Source: an uncultured cyanobacterium
GTDB taxonomy: Bacteria; Cyanobacteriota; Cyanobacteriia; Cyanobacteriales; CAWCAG01
NCBI GenBank assembly: GCA_963803805.1
Contig: CAWDOD010000003.1
Span: forward strand, 160,001 to 224,000
Direction: 5' to 3'
Length of the DNA stretch: 64,000 nt
The notes beneath the pieces were generated by a model, which saw nothing but the letters and a program-made list of their open reading frames with translations, was not told where the DNA came from and made no database searches. The position numbers and the translations under genes were made by a program. This document shows positions 10,206-21,323 of the stretch, piece by piece (position 1 is the first letter of the stretch; each line of letters opens with the position of its first letter).

Positions 10206-12443
10206 TTAAAACCAATCATCATCCTCCTCATCCCAATCATTTTCATATTCATAACGTCGGGGACGGTTTTTGCTGTTACGTTGGGGTTGGTATTCTTCAT
10301 CCTTGGGGCGGCGGGATCGGCGATCGCTGCGGTTCTCTTTGTATCCGTCGTCGTAAGAATCGTTGTAACGGGGCTGAGGACGTTCCTCATAAGGCTCTCT
10401 GTAGCGAGGTTGAGGGCGTTCCTCATAAGGATCTTTGTAGCGAGGTTGAGGGCGTTCCTCATAGGGATCTTTGTAGCGAGGTTTGGTGCGATCACCGTAG
10501 TCATCATAAGCACTTCCGCCGCTATATCCTGGCGAAATTCTAGGATTGTAGGGGGCTTCGTAATCAGGATCTTTTTCCCCGGTGAAGGTGCGTTTAATCG
10601 AACCAAAGAAGTCGTCTTCTTCGTCTTCATATTGCATCCTGATTTCTCTATTCAATTCATATAAGGTATCTTGTAAATCAGATTGCGCCCTATCTATACC
10701 CCTTTCGTCATCTTTTTCTAAGCTATTACGCATCTCCGCGATTAAAACTTCAATGCGACGGCGATAATAACTAGCAAATTGGCTACCAAAATCTAGGGTT
10801 ACTTCCCGGAGTCGCCTTTGGGATTGATCTATCAAAGCTTGGGCGCGATTACGTTTTTCGATTCTTTCCCGGCGTTCCCGATCTAATTGCGAAAACTCCT
10901 CCGCTTCCCGAATCATTTTGTTGATTTCTGTTTCGCTGAGGGTAGATGCCCCTTGAACAGTAACGGTTTGTTCTCTGCCAGTGGTTTTATCCATAGCAGA
11001 GACTTGGAGAATGCCATTAGCATCAATATCAAAAGCGACTTGAACTTGGGGTATCCCTCTAGGGGCAGGAGGAATACCTGTGAGTTTAAAACGTCCTAAT
11101 GATTTGTTGTCACCAGCCATTTCCCTTTCCCCTTGGAGGACATGGACTTCTACCATGGTTTGGTTGTTTTCCCCGGTAGAAAAGATGTCGGAACGGCGAA
11201 CGGGAATGGTAGTGTTGCGGGGGATGAGTTTTTTTGTTACTCCACCAATGGTTTCTAAACCCAAGGAGAGGGGGGTAACATCCAAAAGAAGAACGTCTTT
11301 GATTTCTCCCCCTAAAATCCCCGCTTGAATTGCTGCCCCCACTGCCACAACTTCATCAGGGTTAACATTTTGGTTGGGTTCTCGGTTAATCAAACTCTCC
11401 ACCAACTCCTGTACCATGGGAATACGAGTAGAACCCCCCACCAGTACCACGTCATCAATTTGTCTGGGGGTTAAGCCTGCATCCACCACAGCCCGTTTTA
11501 AGGGGCGGCGTAAGCGATTTACCAAATCCCCACACAATTCCTCAAACTGATTACGAGTTAACTGGGTTTCAATATGTTTTGGCCCCTCGTCTGTGGCGGT
11601 GATGAAGGGTAAGTTTATTTCTGTAACTGAAACCCCAGAAAGTTCAATCTTGGCCTTTTCCGCCGCTTCCATTAATCTTTGCAAAGATTGGCGATCGCGC
11701 CTTAAATCTACTTTTTCTGTTTCTAGGAACTGTTCGGCTAACCAATCAACAATTTTACGATCAAAATCATTGCCCCCTAACTGAGTATCACCGCTAGTAG
11801 AACGAACTTCAAATACTCCATCTCCCACTTCAAGGACAGAGACATCAAAAGTTCCTCCCCCCACATCAAATACGAGGATGGTACGATTATTTTTCTGTTC
11901 CAAACCGTATGCTAAAGAAGCAGCCGTAGGTTCATTAAAAATCCTTAAAACCTCCAACCCAGCAATCTTGCCGGCATCCCTAGTCGCTTGCCTTTGGGAA
12001 TCATTAAAATAAGCAGGAACTGTAATCACTGCCCCGGTAACTTCTTCCCCTAAATAACGACTAGCTTCTTCAGCTAGCTTCCGCAAAATCTTGGCCGCAA
12101 TTTCTTCCGGGGCGAATTCTTTACGCAAGCGAGGACACCTAATTTTGGGATTACCATTTTCATCCCGGCGAATGGTGTAGGGAACTTGCTTCGATTCTGG
12201 GGTTAGTTCTGAATACTTGCGCCCAATCAGACGTTTACCCCCATAAAAAGTGTTCTGAGGATTAAGAACAGCCTGCCTACGGGCCATTTGCCCCACCACC
12301 AACTCCCCATCTTTATTAAAACCAACTACAGAAGGAGTGGTGCGTGTTCCTTCTGAGTTTGGAATCACAATTGGCTTGCCACCTTCCATAACTGCTACTA
12401 CGGAGTTGGTTGTTCCCAAATCTATGCCGACTACTCTGCCCAT
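10206..12443 (-). CDS. dnaK: Molecular chaperone DnaK (long paralog with C-terminal extension)
   Basis: [26 protein letters not shown]; acidic tail ending DDDWF. Confidence 0.97.
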   Translation of the reverse strand: MGRVVGIDLGTTNSVVAVMEGGKPIVIPNSEGTRTTPSVVGFNKDGELVVGQMARRQAVLNPQNTFYGGKRLIGRKYSELTPESKQVPYTIRRDENGNPKIRCPRLRKEFAPEEIAAKILRKLAEEASRYLGEEVTGAVITVPAYFNDSQRQATRDAGKIAGLEVLRIFNEPTAASLAYGLEQKNNRTILVFDVGGGTFDVSVLEVGDGVFEVRSTSGDTQLGGNDFDRKIVDWLAEQFLETEKVDLRRDRQSLQRLMEAAEKAKIELSGVSVTEINLPFITATDEGPKHIETQLTRNQFEELCGDLVNRLRRPLKRAVVDAGLTPRQIDDVVLVGGSTRIPMVQELVESLINREPNQNVNPDEVVAVGAAIQAGILGGEIKDVLLLDVTPLSLGLETIGGVTKKLIPRNTTIPVRRSDIFSTGENNQTMVEVHVLQGEREMAGDNKSLGRFKLTGIPPAPRGIPQVQVAFDIDANGILQVSAMDKTTGREQTVTVQGASTLSETEINKMIREAEEFSQLDRERRERIEKRNRAQALIDQSQRRLREVTLDFGSQFASYYRRRIEVLIAEMRNSLEKDDERGIDRAQSDLQDTLYELNREIRMQYEDEEDDFFGSIKRTFTGEKDPDYEAPYNPRISPGYSGGSAYDDYGDRTKPRYKDPYEERPQPRYKDPYEERPQPRYREPYEERPQPRYNDSYDDGYKENRSDRRSRRPKDEEYQPQRNSKNRPRRYEYENDWDEEDDDWF
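10345..10485 (-). repeat. 36-bp coding tandem repeat in the dnaK tail
   Basis: PRY(K/R)(D/E)PYEERPQ three times plus a partial copy. Confidence 0.85.
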
Positions 12444-12554
12444 GGGCGCTTTTTTCTCCTGCTGTTGCTTCCCAGTTGTTAGCTAAGTTCGCACTCTAGC
12501 CTAACTAATTTACATAATATATATTGACTATTCTGAATTTATTCTATCTTGTGC

Positions 12555-13427
12555 TTATTGCTCCTTGCGTAAGTCTCGAATTGCTTCAATACTTAACCCT
12601 GTTGTTTGTGCGATCGCTTCATCATCTAGTTGATTAAGCAATTTCCTAGCAATGGCAAGTTTTTCTTGTTCTATTCCTTGTTTGATCCCCTCTTCTCGTC
12701 CTTCTTGCTTTCCTTCTTCTCTACCAAGCCTCACTGCCCCTTGCTGATCATAAATAAACATTTCTCTACGTTCCAAATCCTCTAATTCATCGGGGGTTAA
12801 GTTGGCTTGGTTGGCGATTTCAAAAGCTTGCTGAAGTTCGGAAGGGTTATCCATATTCTCCGGAATTGAAGTTAGTGAACGGGCCGATTTGATAAAATAA
12901 ATCCATTTATCGGTAATAGTTTCTAGTTGTGCTTCTTCTTTGGTAAATTTTGGTAACTCCACAAATACCAGTTCAATCTCGTTTTCCGGATAAAGCGAAG
13001 CATCCGATACTTCTCGATAGACAAAGCGAGAGGTAAAGTGATCACGTTGAGGAAACATTTCAAAATCAGTGAGGGTTAAGGCAATAACTGGTTTGAGCAT
13101 TCGGTAGCCTTCTCCCTTTTGGAGTTGAAAAGCATAAGTCTTGGCTGCATTGAACAAAACTCTTTTACCAAAAGACTCCACATTCAAAATCTGCATTTCA
13201 ATAATAATGATTGTGCCATCATTGAGTTTCGCTTTGACATCAAGGTAAGTATCTTTTAAGCCTTCTACTCTTGGAGGTAAGTTGGGATTGATGATTTCTA
13301 AGTCTTCAATGGTAGAATTGCCTTCATAAATCAAGGCATTGAGGAAACTAATGAGAATGTTTTTGCTTTGTTGAGAACCAAAGATTTTCTTAAAGGCGTA
13401 GTCAGTTTTAGGGTTTATAAATCTCAT
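12555..13427 (-). CDS. Rpn family / PD-(D/E)XK nuclease (putative transposase)
   Basis: Likely start MRFINPKTDYAFKKIFG at 13427; LDVKA, IIIEMQ, FVELPKF, EG.EEG repeats, IA..TGLS. Confidence 0.9.
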   Translation of the reverse strand: MRFINPKTDYAFKKIFGSQQSKNILISFLNALIYEGNSTIEDLEIINPNLPPRVEGLKDTYLDVKAKLNDGTIIIIEMQILNVESFGKRVLFNAAKTYAFQLQKGEGYRMLKPVIALTLTDFEMFPQRDHFTSRFVYREVSDASLYPENEIELVFVELPKFTKEEAQLETITDKWIYFIKSARSLTSIPENMDNPSELQQAFEIANQANLTPDELEDLERREMFIYDQQGAVRLGREEGKQEGREEGIKQGIEQEKLAIARKLLNQLDDEAIAQTTGLSIEAIRDLRKEQ

Positions 13428-13472
13428 CACTCTAGCCAAACCTAAGTCTTGCAATATTCTAATAATTAAACT

Positions 13473-14987
13473 ATGGGAACTACTAAAATTGAACGAGTCC
13501 GGGGTGTTAATGACATCTTGCCTGATATTTGTGCTGTAGAACAGCAAATTGCTGAACAACTCAGTAGCTGTTTCCAATCTTTTGGCTATCATCCTATTGA
13601 CGTACCAATTCTGGAATATACAGAACTTTATTTACGTAAATCTGGTGAAGAATTAATTTCCCGGATGTATGATTTTACTTTTTATAACCGTCGCCTTTGC
13701 CTGCGTCCAGAGTTTACGGCTTCTATTGTTAGGGCGTATATTGATAATTTGCAAGGGCTGCCTCTACCCCTACGCCTCTATTATCAGGGGCCAGTATTTC
13801 GTTATGAAAAGCCTCAAAGGGGGAAATACCGCCAGTTTACTCAAATGGGAGTAGAAATGCTTGGGGCAGGAGGGGCTATGGCTGATGCTGAGGCGATCGC
13901 CACGGCTTGCAAATCATTGGCAAAGCTGGGTTTAAGTAATTATCGCCTGGTTATTGGCCATATTGGGGTTTTGAGTAAGTTTCTAGGAAGTTTAGATTTG
14001 GAAAATCGCCTCAGCAGCTTTTTGCTGGCGAATATGGAGATGTTACGCAAAGAAGGTAGGGAATATATAGAAAAGAGTTTGCAAGAGATTTATCCTTATT
14101 TTGGTGCTGCTGTAGAAGATATTCCTAGTACCAATAAATTAACTCAACTTTTCCAACATAGCTCTAATGAAGAAGCCAGGTTAGCGATTTTAGAACTAGT
14201 GGAGAGTATGAATATTAATTTGGATGATACTCGCCAACCAGAAGAAATTGCTGAACGCTTATTAGATAAAATTAAGCACCAAGATCAAAATCCAGGCATC
14301 AATAAAGCCCTGGGGTTTATGGAAGAATTGGGACAAATTAAAGGCAAGCCGGAAGAGGCTTTACCCCAAGCAGAGAAAGTTTTAAAGACTTATGAAATTG
14401 ATAGTGCTGCTTTAGGTGAATTGCAGGATATTCTCAAAAACCTTGAATTCTATGATATTAACCAAGAAAGCATTAGCTTGGATTTTGGAATGAGTCGCGG
14501 TTTGCAGTACTATACCGGGACAATTTTTGAGGTTCATCACGGTAATTCAGGACAAGGACAGCAGTTGTGCGGTGGCGGTAGATATGATGAATTAGTTGCT
14601 ACCCTTAGTGGTAAAAAGAATATCCCCGCTACCGGCTTTTCTTTCGGCATGGAAAGATTAAGACTAGCTTTGGAAGAGGAAAATTTATTACCAACAAAGG
14701 TGAAAGAAACTGTAGACGTTTTAGTTATTCCTGTAACTCCCCAAGAATATAGCTATGGTATCCAAGTAGCAGAAAAGTTGCGCCACGGCGGGTTAAAGGT
14801 AGAACTAGATGTACGAGGTAAGAATGTTTCTAGTAATTTACAATATGCAGTTAAACAAGGTATTCCTTTTGCTGCAATTTTAGGTTCACAAGAAGAAAAA
14901 GCCGCTAAGGTGATGTTAAGGAATTTAGCAGCTAATAAACAAGAACAAATTGCTATTAGTGAAGTTTTGACATTGATTCAAGGGTAA
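13473..14987 (+). CDS. hisS: Histidine--tRNA ligase (long form with central insertion)
   Basis: RGVNDILP, LRPEFTAS, FRYEKPQRGKYRQFTQ, RGLQYYTG, GGGRYD, GFSFGMER; C-terminal anticodon-binding domain. Confidence 0.8.
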   Translation: MGTTKIERVRGVNDILPDICAVEQQIAEQLSSCFQSFGYHPIDVPILEYTELYLRKSGEELISRMYDFTFYNRRLCLRPEFTASIVRAYIDNLQGLPLPLRLYYQGPVFRYEKPQRGKYRQFTQMGVEMLGAGGAMADAEAIATACKSLAKLGLSNYRLVIGHIGVLSKFLGSLDLENRLSSFLLANMEMLRKEGREYIEKSLQEIYPYFGAAVEDIPSTNKLTQLFQHSSNEEARLAILELVESMNINLDDTRQPEEIAERLLDKIKHQDQNPGINKALGFMEELGQIKGKPEEALPQAEKVLKTYEIDSAALGELQDILKNLEFYDINQESISLDFGMSRGLQYYTGTIFEVHHGNSGQGQQLCGGGRYDELVATLSGKKNIPATGFSFGMERLRLALEEENLLPTKVKETVDVLVIPVTPQEYSYGIQVAEKLRHGGLKVELDVRGKNVSSNLQYAVKQGIPFAAILGSQEEKAAKVMLRNLAANKQEQIAISEVLTLIQG

Positions 14988-15068
14988 ATTAAGGTTAATT
15001 GCTAGTTGCTAGTTGTGGTCTTAGCTATCAACTACATTCACCATTTACTGATAACTGATAAGTGATTT

Positions 15069-15845
15069 ATGTCAATAAACCCCAAAAACGATTGTTGTTT
15101 TTCTGCTCTGGCTTTAAGCCCGCCTTATTGGGATTGTGCTGGAAAATTAGCAGAGAATTTAACTGAATTTGCACCAGGTATCAACTTAGTTGTGGCTACT
15201 GATAATGTTAGTTATTTCAAAGAGTTTGATAATGTAATTGCTATTCCTCATCGTCATTACTTTGGTTATCGTCCCTACAATGACAAACTATTTGCTATTG
15301 AGGCAGCACTACAAAGATTTTCTGTTGTTGTGCAAATAGATGTTGATATCACTTTGTTACAACCGCTTGAAACTATGGTTAGTAATAATTGGCAGCCCGG
15401 TATTACTGGTAGAAGTGAATCTTTAGTAGAACATACCCAAAAATATAATCCTAAAACTCTTGTTCATCTCGAAAAAATCTGCGATCGCCTAGAGCTAGAA
15501 CTAGATAATATTAGATGGATAGGAGAAAGTTTATTTGCTTTGAGACGAGATTCTGGCAAAGAACAGAGGTTTTTGGCTTGCTGGAGAAAGTTAGCACATT
15601 ACTGGGATATTCATAAGTTAGGTGCAGGGGAAGGGGCTATTCTTGGCTTGGCAGCAGCTTCTGTAGGGTGGGAAGTAGAAAAAAATGAACATTGGACAAA
15701 GCTGAAATCAGCTTTAGTACATCAAGATATACATAAGGACATTGTCGAGGCTCAATCAGCTAAGTTAAAACGGAGGTGGCACTATCGATTACGCATACTA
15801 CGCTCCAAACTTTTAGCGTTGAAGGACAGAGATTTTTATCAATAA
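15069..15845 (+). CDS. Hypothetical protein, possibly GT-A fold
   Basis: 258-aa ORF with VVATD, DKLFAI and a DxD-like QIDVD. Confidence 0.5.
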   Translation: MSINPKNDCCFSALALSPPYWDCAGKLAENLTEFAPGINLVVATDNVSYFKEFDNVIAIPHRHYFGYRPYNDKLFAIEAALQRFSVVVQIDVDITLLQPLETMVSNNWQPGITGRSESLVEHTQKYNPKTLVHLEKICDRLELELDNIRWIGESLFALRRDSGKEQRFLACWRKLAHYWDIHKLGAGEGAILGLAAASVGWEVEKNEHWTKLKSALVHQDIHKDIVEAQSAKLKRRWHYRLRILRSKLLALKDRDFYQ

Positions 15846-15935
15846 TATCTAGTGGTTTGTTGATTAAAAATTGACGGCTCAAGGGTTTCAAGACAACTAG
15901 CTATTAGCCATTAGCCATTAGCTACTAGCAATTAT

Positions 15936-16346
15936 TTACGTTTGCACCATCTTAGTTGACAAACCTGCCCAATCTCCGGAAGGAAGTTTACCTAAAATGT
16001 AAACATCAATTTCAGTTTCACCAACAAGATAAACCTGGAGGTTTTGAAGATTATCCTGGAGGGTAGAAACCAAATCTTGATACTGCTTCACCGTTTCTTT
16101 TTCCGAGGTATTGTGCCAATCTTTCTCTGTAGTTGCTTGTTGAAAAAACTTCTCAAATTCTACAGTTTTAATGGATACATTCTCTTGTTTAGCTATCTTT
16201 TCTAAAATAACTATCTCGTTGATTTCTGATAAATCTTCTTGAGAGTAAGTAAATACTTCAAAGGGATAATCTGATTCACTTATCCAAAGAAGATCAGTAG
16301 TTGCGAGACGTAATTTCTGGAGAATATCTAAATTAGTTTTGTCCAT
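15936..16346 (-). CDS. nuiA: Nuclease A inhibitor family protein
   Basis: LLW.SESDYPFE, VYLVGE.EIDVYILG, GLST..V.T. Confidence 0.88.
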   Translation of the reverse strand: MDKTNLDILQKLRLATTDLLWISESDYPFEVFTYSQEDLSEINEIVILEKIAKQENVSIKTVEFEKFFQQATTEKDWHNTSEKETVKQYQDLVSTLQDNLQNLQVYLVGETEIDVYILGKLPSGDWAGLSTKMVQT

Positions 16347-16379
16347 TGCAAGTAATTATTTTAATAATGATAAATCATG

Positions 16380-18182
16380 TTACCGTTCAATAGGTAAAGT
16401 AATAGTAAACTCTGTTCCTTTATCAAGTTTAGAATTGACTTCTATTTTTCCTTTATGCTTTTCAATAATTTGATAACAAATTGATAAGCCTAATCCTGTC
16501 CCTTTGCCCACGTGTTTAGTAGTGAAGAAAGGGTCAAATAATTTATCCTTAATTTGAGTAGCAATTCCTGGACCATTATCACTAATTCTTATTTTAATTA
16601 AGTTGGCATCAATCTGACGACTACAAATAGCGATCGCCGGATTAAATTTACGGCCGCTATCATTACCATTTTGTTCCTCAATTGCATCAATAGCATTAGC
16701 AATAATATTCATAAAAACCTGATTAAGTTGAGCTGGGTAGCATTCAATTACAGGACAGTCCCCATAGTCTCGCACTACTTGAATATTATGCTTTAAACGA
16801 CTATTTAGAATTAATAGTGTATTATCAATACCTTCGTGAATATCAACTTTCTTCATGTCTGCTTCATCCAGACGAGAAAAGTTCTTGAGAGAAAGAACAA
16901 TTTTACGGATTCGTTCTGCTCCCATATCCATAGAAGTAATGAGTTTAGGCAAGTCTTCAGATAAGAAATCTAAATCAATTTCCTCAATATAATTGCCAAT
17001 CTCAGAATTATTTTCAGGATACTTTCGGTGATAAAGCTGAACTAATTTTAATAAATTTTCTGTATATTCTTGAGTATGTTGGATATTACCATAAATAAAG
17101 TTAACAGGATTATTGATTTCATGGGCAATTCCTCCTACCATTTGTCCTAAACTAGACATTTTTTCAGTTTGAATTAGTTGAGATTGAGTTTCCTTTAATT
17201 CTTTAAGAGCTTTAGTTAATTCTTGAGTACGTTCTTGAACTCTTTCTTCTAAGTTCTGGCGATTTATTTCTAGTTCTTGAGTGTATTGACCAATTCTTTT
17301 AATTAACTGATTAAGAGAAATAGCTAAAGAACCTACTTCATCTTCTGTTACCACAGGCGCTCTTAAATTGAAATTGGATTCTTTCGTGACTCTTTGAGCT
17401 AAATAAGTAACAGCCTTTAAAGGTTTGGCAATGTGACGACTTGTATAAATTGCTAATAAAAGTGCGATTCCAGCACTAACTAACATACTAAAGGTAATAA
17501 TTTGTATCCGTAGGGCTAAAGCCGTTTCCAGCTTTTCTTGAGCCTCTTGGGCCTGAGTTTTTGCTGCTTCGGTAATAGCAACCAACTTTTCTGACAAGCT
17601 GTTAAATTCGCTGTCTGCTGGACTGACTACATCTTCACTTAAAAAAGTTAGTAAGTCTTGCTTTGCTCCTTGTATTTCTTCTGGTTTGAGGTCTGGAGGA
17701 ACAATTTGTTCGTATAAAGTATTAATGGATTCTGTATAAGAAGCAACAGCAGTTTCATAATTAATTAGAAACTGCTCAAATTCTCTGGGTTTAATCGCTG
17801 AATGGCGAGGATGTTCATCAACAAATATCATTAAATCAGATATGTTATTTTGAACTCTTTCTACATGGCTAACAAATGTGGAGCGTTGCAAATCAAAACT
17901 AATCGCTTTACCTAAAGTAGGTAATAGTTTTTGGGGATGGTTACGCATTTGCAAAAGGCTATTTTCCAACTCCAACAACAACTGTTGTTGTTGGTCTGCC
18001 ACCGTCAAAGTTTCTAAAGCTTTTCTTTCGTAATATTCCCCTAAAATTAGTCCTACTGTTGTTCCAAAAACACCAATACCAATTGCTAAGCCATAGCCAT
18101 AGCTGATTTTTTCAGATATGCTTAAACGGTGAACCAATCGTTTGATCCAAACAGAGAGATTTTGCTCGAAGAGGCGATTCAT
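16380..18182 (-). CDS. HAMP-domain membrane sensor histidine kinase
   Basis: Two TM segments, HAMP (DEVGSLA), AHEINNP H-box, DNGPGI and GTGLGL. Confidence 0.93.
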   Translation of the reverse strand: MNRLFEQNLSVWIKRLVHRLSISEKISYGYGLAIGIGVFGTTVGLILGEYYERKALETLTVADQQQQLLLELENSLLQMRNHPQKLLPTLGKAISFDLQRSTFVSHVERVQNNISDLMIFVDEHPRHSAIKPREFEQFLINYETAVASYTESINTLYEQIVPPDLKPEEIQGAKQDLLTFLSEDVVSPADSEFNSLSEKLVAITEAAKTQAQEAQEKLETALALRIQIITFSMLVSAGIALLLAIYTSRHIAKPLKAVTYLAQRVTKESNFNLRAPVVTEDEVGSLAISLNQLIKRIGQYTQELEINRQNLEERVQERTQELTKALKELKETQSQLIQTEKMSSLGQMVGGIAHEINNPVNFIYGNIQHTQEYTENLLKLVQLYHRKYPENNSEIGNYIEEIDLDFLSEDLPKLITSMDMGAERIRKIVLSLKNFSRLDEADMKKVDIHEGIDNTLLILNSRLKHNIQVVRDYGDCPVIECYPAQLNQVFMNIIANAIDAIEEQNGNDSGRKFNPAIAICSRQIDANLIKIRISDNGPGIATQIKDKLFDPFFTTKHVGKGTGLGLSICYQIIEKHKGKIEVNSKLDKGTEFTITLPIER

Positions 18183-18242
18183 TAGTTATGTAGATACTCC
18201 CGACACAAAGTTTAGACCGAACTTTATTTAATAAAAGAAATT

Positions 18243-19118
18243 CTAAAGAAATTCGTCTTCTCCAATTGCTTTATAAACTTGGCGAATAGAATCGTAATCA
18301 CTATCTCGAACCAAGGTAAGTTTAGAACTTACATATTCTGGGTTATCTTTAGTTTTAGCGATCGCCTCAATTAATTCTTGCTGATTTTCAAGCATACCTT
18401 GCCGCAAAATCTTCACTAATTTTGGGTCTAGTTGACTGCTAGCCATAAAAACATTATCGGGTAAAACTTCTCCTTGTGCTAGTAGTTTGAACTGCTGAGG
18501 TAATTTCTCATAATCAGAGGTTGAACCAGCCCAAGCATCAACTTTCCTCCCCTGTATTGCCTTCCTACTACCTTCACTACCTAACCAAAATATTTCTAAA
18601 TCTTTGGTAGGGTCAATTCCTGCTTCTAAAAGTAATTCTAAAGGTCCTAAATGACCACTAGTAGAACCAACAGAGGACATGGCAATTTTTTTACTTTTTA
18701 ATTGTGTCAGGGAAGTTATTTGACTATTAATGTCCACAGCTATAGCTGAACGATTGTTAGAGCCAGTAATCGCTACTATAGGAACAGCATTAGTACGGGA
18801 AGAAATAATTACATACTCAGAAGCCCCGGCTAAAACTAAATCTAATTCAGCTAACTGTAATCCTGATACAGCTTCTGTATGATTTCCTACCGAAACAAGT
18901 TCTACAGGCATATCAATTATGTTGGCTAAAGTGCTAGCAAATTGTCCATACTTTTCCTCCAATTCTTCTGGTTGATGAATATAGGTAACGGTAAATCGCA
19001 ATTTCTCCTCCTCACTTTTTTCGCCAGATAGCTCCTCAGAAATGGGAGGATTGTTAACTGTTGCTGAACAACTAGTTAAAAATAGTAGGGAGTACCAGAA
19101 AAACTTTCGCCTTTTCAT
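18243..19118 (-). CDS. PhnD-like phosphate/phosphonate-binding lipoprotein
   Basis: Lipobox LTSC, STSGH motif, D.DYD.IR C-terminus. Confidence 0.85.
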   Translation of the reverse strand: MKRRKFFWYSLLFLTSCSATVNNPPISEELSGEKSEEEKLRFTVTYIHQPEELEEKYGQFASTLANIIDMPVELVSVGNHTEAVSGLQLAELDLVLAGASEYVIISSRTNAVPIVAITGSNNRSAIAVDINSQITSLTQLKSKKIAMSSVGSTSGHLGPLELLLEAGIDPTKDLEIFWLGSEGSRKAIQGRKVDAWAGSTSDYEKLPQQFKLLAQGEVLPDNVFMASSQLDPKLVKILRQGMLENQQELIEAIAKTKDNPEYVSSKLTLVRDSDYDSIRQVYKAIGEDEFL

Positions 19119-19326
19119 TGTATTTTCAAGAAAGTGAGGAGTAGGTAATAGGTAGAGAAATGTAAAGTATTTTTTATTAACTTTTTACTATTGGCAACTA
19201 GCAATTAGCCTTGCAAAGTAGTGTAACCTGTGCCAGATTCATAGCCGCCACATTGATAGGAACTAGAGTTATTTATCCTGGTCAACTCAAATATAAAGAA
19301 AATCATGTTGCCCCCAGGCTATTACT

Positions 19327-21300
19327 ATGCGTTTTTCAACTATTACAATTTATACTTTAGCTGCTTTAGGATCTGGAGAGTTAGCTTACAAAGCTGTTGC
19401 CCAGGCAAATATAGCCCCAGAAGCACAGCAAGATAATTATCTTATCTCCCCCCAAGTTACTTCTCCCCAAGAAGCACAGCAAAACAATTATGCTGTTTCC
19501 CCCCAAGTAACTCCTCCAGAAACTTTAGCTGCACCTGAGTTTGCCCGAACTCTTTCTGGAATAACCCCTGTTTCTCAAAATTTGGCAGTTACCGTCACAG
19601 ATATTCAGGTAAAAGGAGTTAGTGAGGAATTGCAACAAATTGTTCTCAACACAGTTACCACCAAAATCGGAGGTGATACTAGCGAAAATCAACTACAGAA
19701 TGATTTAGCTGAGATTGTTGACACAGGGTTATTTGCAAATGCTAGGGTTAATACCACTACTAGCCCTGATGGTATAAACGTAGTATACCAAGTTGAGCCA
19801 ACTATTATCGAATCGCTTCAGCTTTCTGGGGCTGAGGTTTTAACTCCAGAAGTTGCGAGGGAAGTTTTTCAATCTCAATTAGGTAAACCGGTTAGTGTGG
19901 GTAGTTTGCAGCAAGGTTTGGCAAAGCTTAATCAATGGTATCAAGATAACGGCTATGTATTGGCACAGGTTTTGGCGGTACAACCAAATCCTGATGGGGT
20001 TTTGAACTTGACTGTTGCCGAGGGGAAAGTGAGTAATATTGAGGTTCGCTTTTTAGATGAAACAGGAGAAGTTACCGAAGGGCGCACAAAACCATCCTTA
20101 GTAGAGTCAGAATTAAACTTGCAAACCGGGGAAATATTCCAGATTGAAAAAGTACAAGAAGATGTTGGCAAGCTTTATCAATTGGGATTATTCCAAAAAG
20201 TGGACGTAGCCCTCAATGGTGATGCGAATAACTTAGATGTGATTTATGAACTAACGGAAATACAATCTCGTCGTATTAATGTGGGGGGAGGTTACAGCAA
20301 TAGAACTGGAGTTTATGGCACAGTTAATTATAACGACCAGAATGTCGGGGGTATAGGTAATAAGTTAGGTTTGGATTTGCAACTTGGCAGCCGCACTTTC
20401 CAATTTGATACTAAATATGGCAGTCCTTACCGTGCCGATAATCCCGATAAGTTAGGCTATCAAGTCAATGCTTTCCGTCGCCGCAGCGTCTCGAATACCT
20501 TTGACGATGATATCACCCTGGGGAATGGAGATGAAGCTAGGGAAGGTCGCTTTGGCGGTGGAGTTAGTTTTAACCGTGATGTTGAAGATTGGAATACTTC
20601 TGTTGGTGTCAATTACACTCGTACTAGTATTCGGGATGAGGAGGGAAATGTTACTCCTTTTGATAGTCAAGGTAATTCCCTTTCCTTTAGCGATACAGGT
20701 ATTGACGATCTCTTAAGCATTTCAGCAAATATTAGCAAAGATCAAAGAGATAATCCCATCAATCCTACTTCTGGTTCTTACATTAGCTTAGGGACAGAAC
20801 AATCTATTCCGGTGGGTTTGGGTAATATTCTTATGAACCGCTTGCAAGCCAATTATAGTCATTACACCCCCGTAAGTTTGTTAGGGAAAGAAACCCCAGA
20901 AGTACTAGCTTTTAACCTCAAGGGGGGAACTGTTGTGGGAGACTTACCTCCCTACGAAGCTTTCAATTTAGGTGGCTTAAATTCTGTACGGGGTTATGGT
21001 TTTGGTGAAGTGGCTAGCAGCCGTAGTTATGTCCTAGCTTCAGCAGAATATCGCTTCCCTCTCCTTTCAGCTTTTAATCTGCCCATTGGCGGAGTTTTGT
21101 TCGCTGATTTCGCTTCCGATTTAGGTTCTAGTGATAATGTTCCTGGAGAACCAGGGGTTGCGAGGAATAAGCCTGGTAGCGGCTTTGGTTATGGTACAGG
21201 AGTGAGGGTAAATTCTCCTTTAGGTATTTTACGGGCAGATTTAGGCTTCAATGATCGCGGCGAAACTGAAGTTGGTTTTGGTATTGGGCATCGGTTTTGA
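19327..21300 (+). CDS. Omp85/BamA family outer-membrane protein
   Basis: POTRA-like repeats, LGG.NSVRGY, SPLG.LR.D, C-terminal Phe. Confidence 0.92.
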   Translation: MRFSTITIYTLAALGSGELAYKAVAQANIAPEAQQDNYLISPQVTSPQEAQQNNYAVSPQVTPPETLAAPEFARTLSGITPVSQNLAVTVTDIQVKGVSEELQQIVLNTVTTKIGGDTSENQLQNDLAEIVDTGLFANARVNTTTSPDGINVVYQVEPTIIESLQLSGAEVLTPEVAREVFQSQLGKPVSVGSLQQGLAKLNQWYQDNGYVLAQVLAVQPNPDGVLNLTVAEGKVSNIEVRFLDETGEVTEGRTKPSLVESELNLQTGEIFQIEKVQEDVGKLYQLGLFQKVDVALNGDANNLDVIYELTEIQSRRINVGGGYSNRTGVYGTVNYNDQNVGGIGNKLGLDLQLGSRTFQFDTKYGSPYRADNPDKLGYQVNAFRRRSVSNTFDDDITLGNGDEAREGRFGGGVSFNRDVEDWNTSVGVNYTRTSIRDEEGNVTPFDSQGNSLSFSDTGIDDLLSISANISKDQRDNPINPTSGSYISLGTEQSIPVGLGNILMNRLQANYSHYTPVSLLGKETPEVLAFNLKGGTVVGDLPPYEAFNLGGLNSVRGYGFGEVASSRSYVLASAEYRFPLLSAFNLPIGGVLFADFASDLGSSDNVPGEPGVARNKPGSGFGYGTGVRVNSPLGILRADLGFNDRGETEVGFGIGHRF

Positions 21301-21323
21301 GGGGGTTATGGTATTTTTGAACC

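Noticed and set aside
10345-10485. 36-bp repeats as a CRISPR array
   Set aside because: The repeats are contiguous without spacers, in frame within dnaK, and there are no cas genes.
10196-11784. Alternative-frame and antisense ORFs over dnaK (and similar ones over bamA, purD, ahcY, the M16 pair and the kinases)
   Set aside because: They are shadow ORFs of well-supported genes with no recognisable motifs.
13428-13592. N-terminal extension of the Rpn ORF
   Set aside because: It overlaps hisS on the opposite strand, and family similarity starts at MRFINPK (13427).
15936-16346. nuiA as part of a nuclease/inhibitor or toxin module
   Set aside because: No nucA-like gene is adjacent, and stand-alone copies are common in cyanobacteria.
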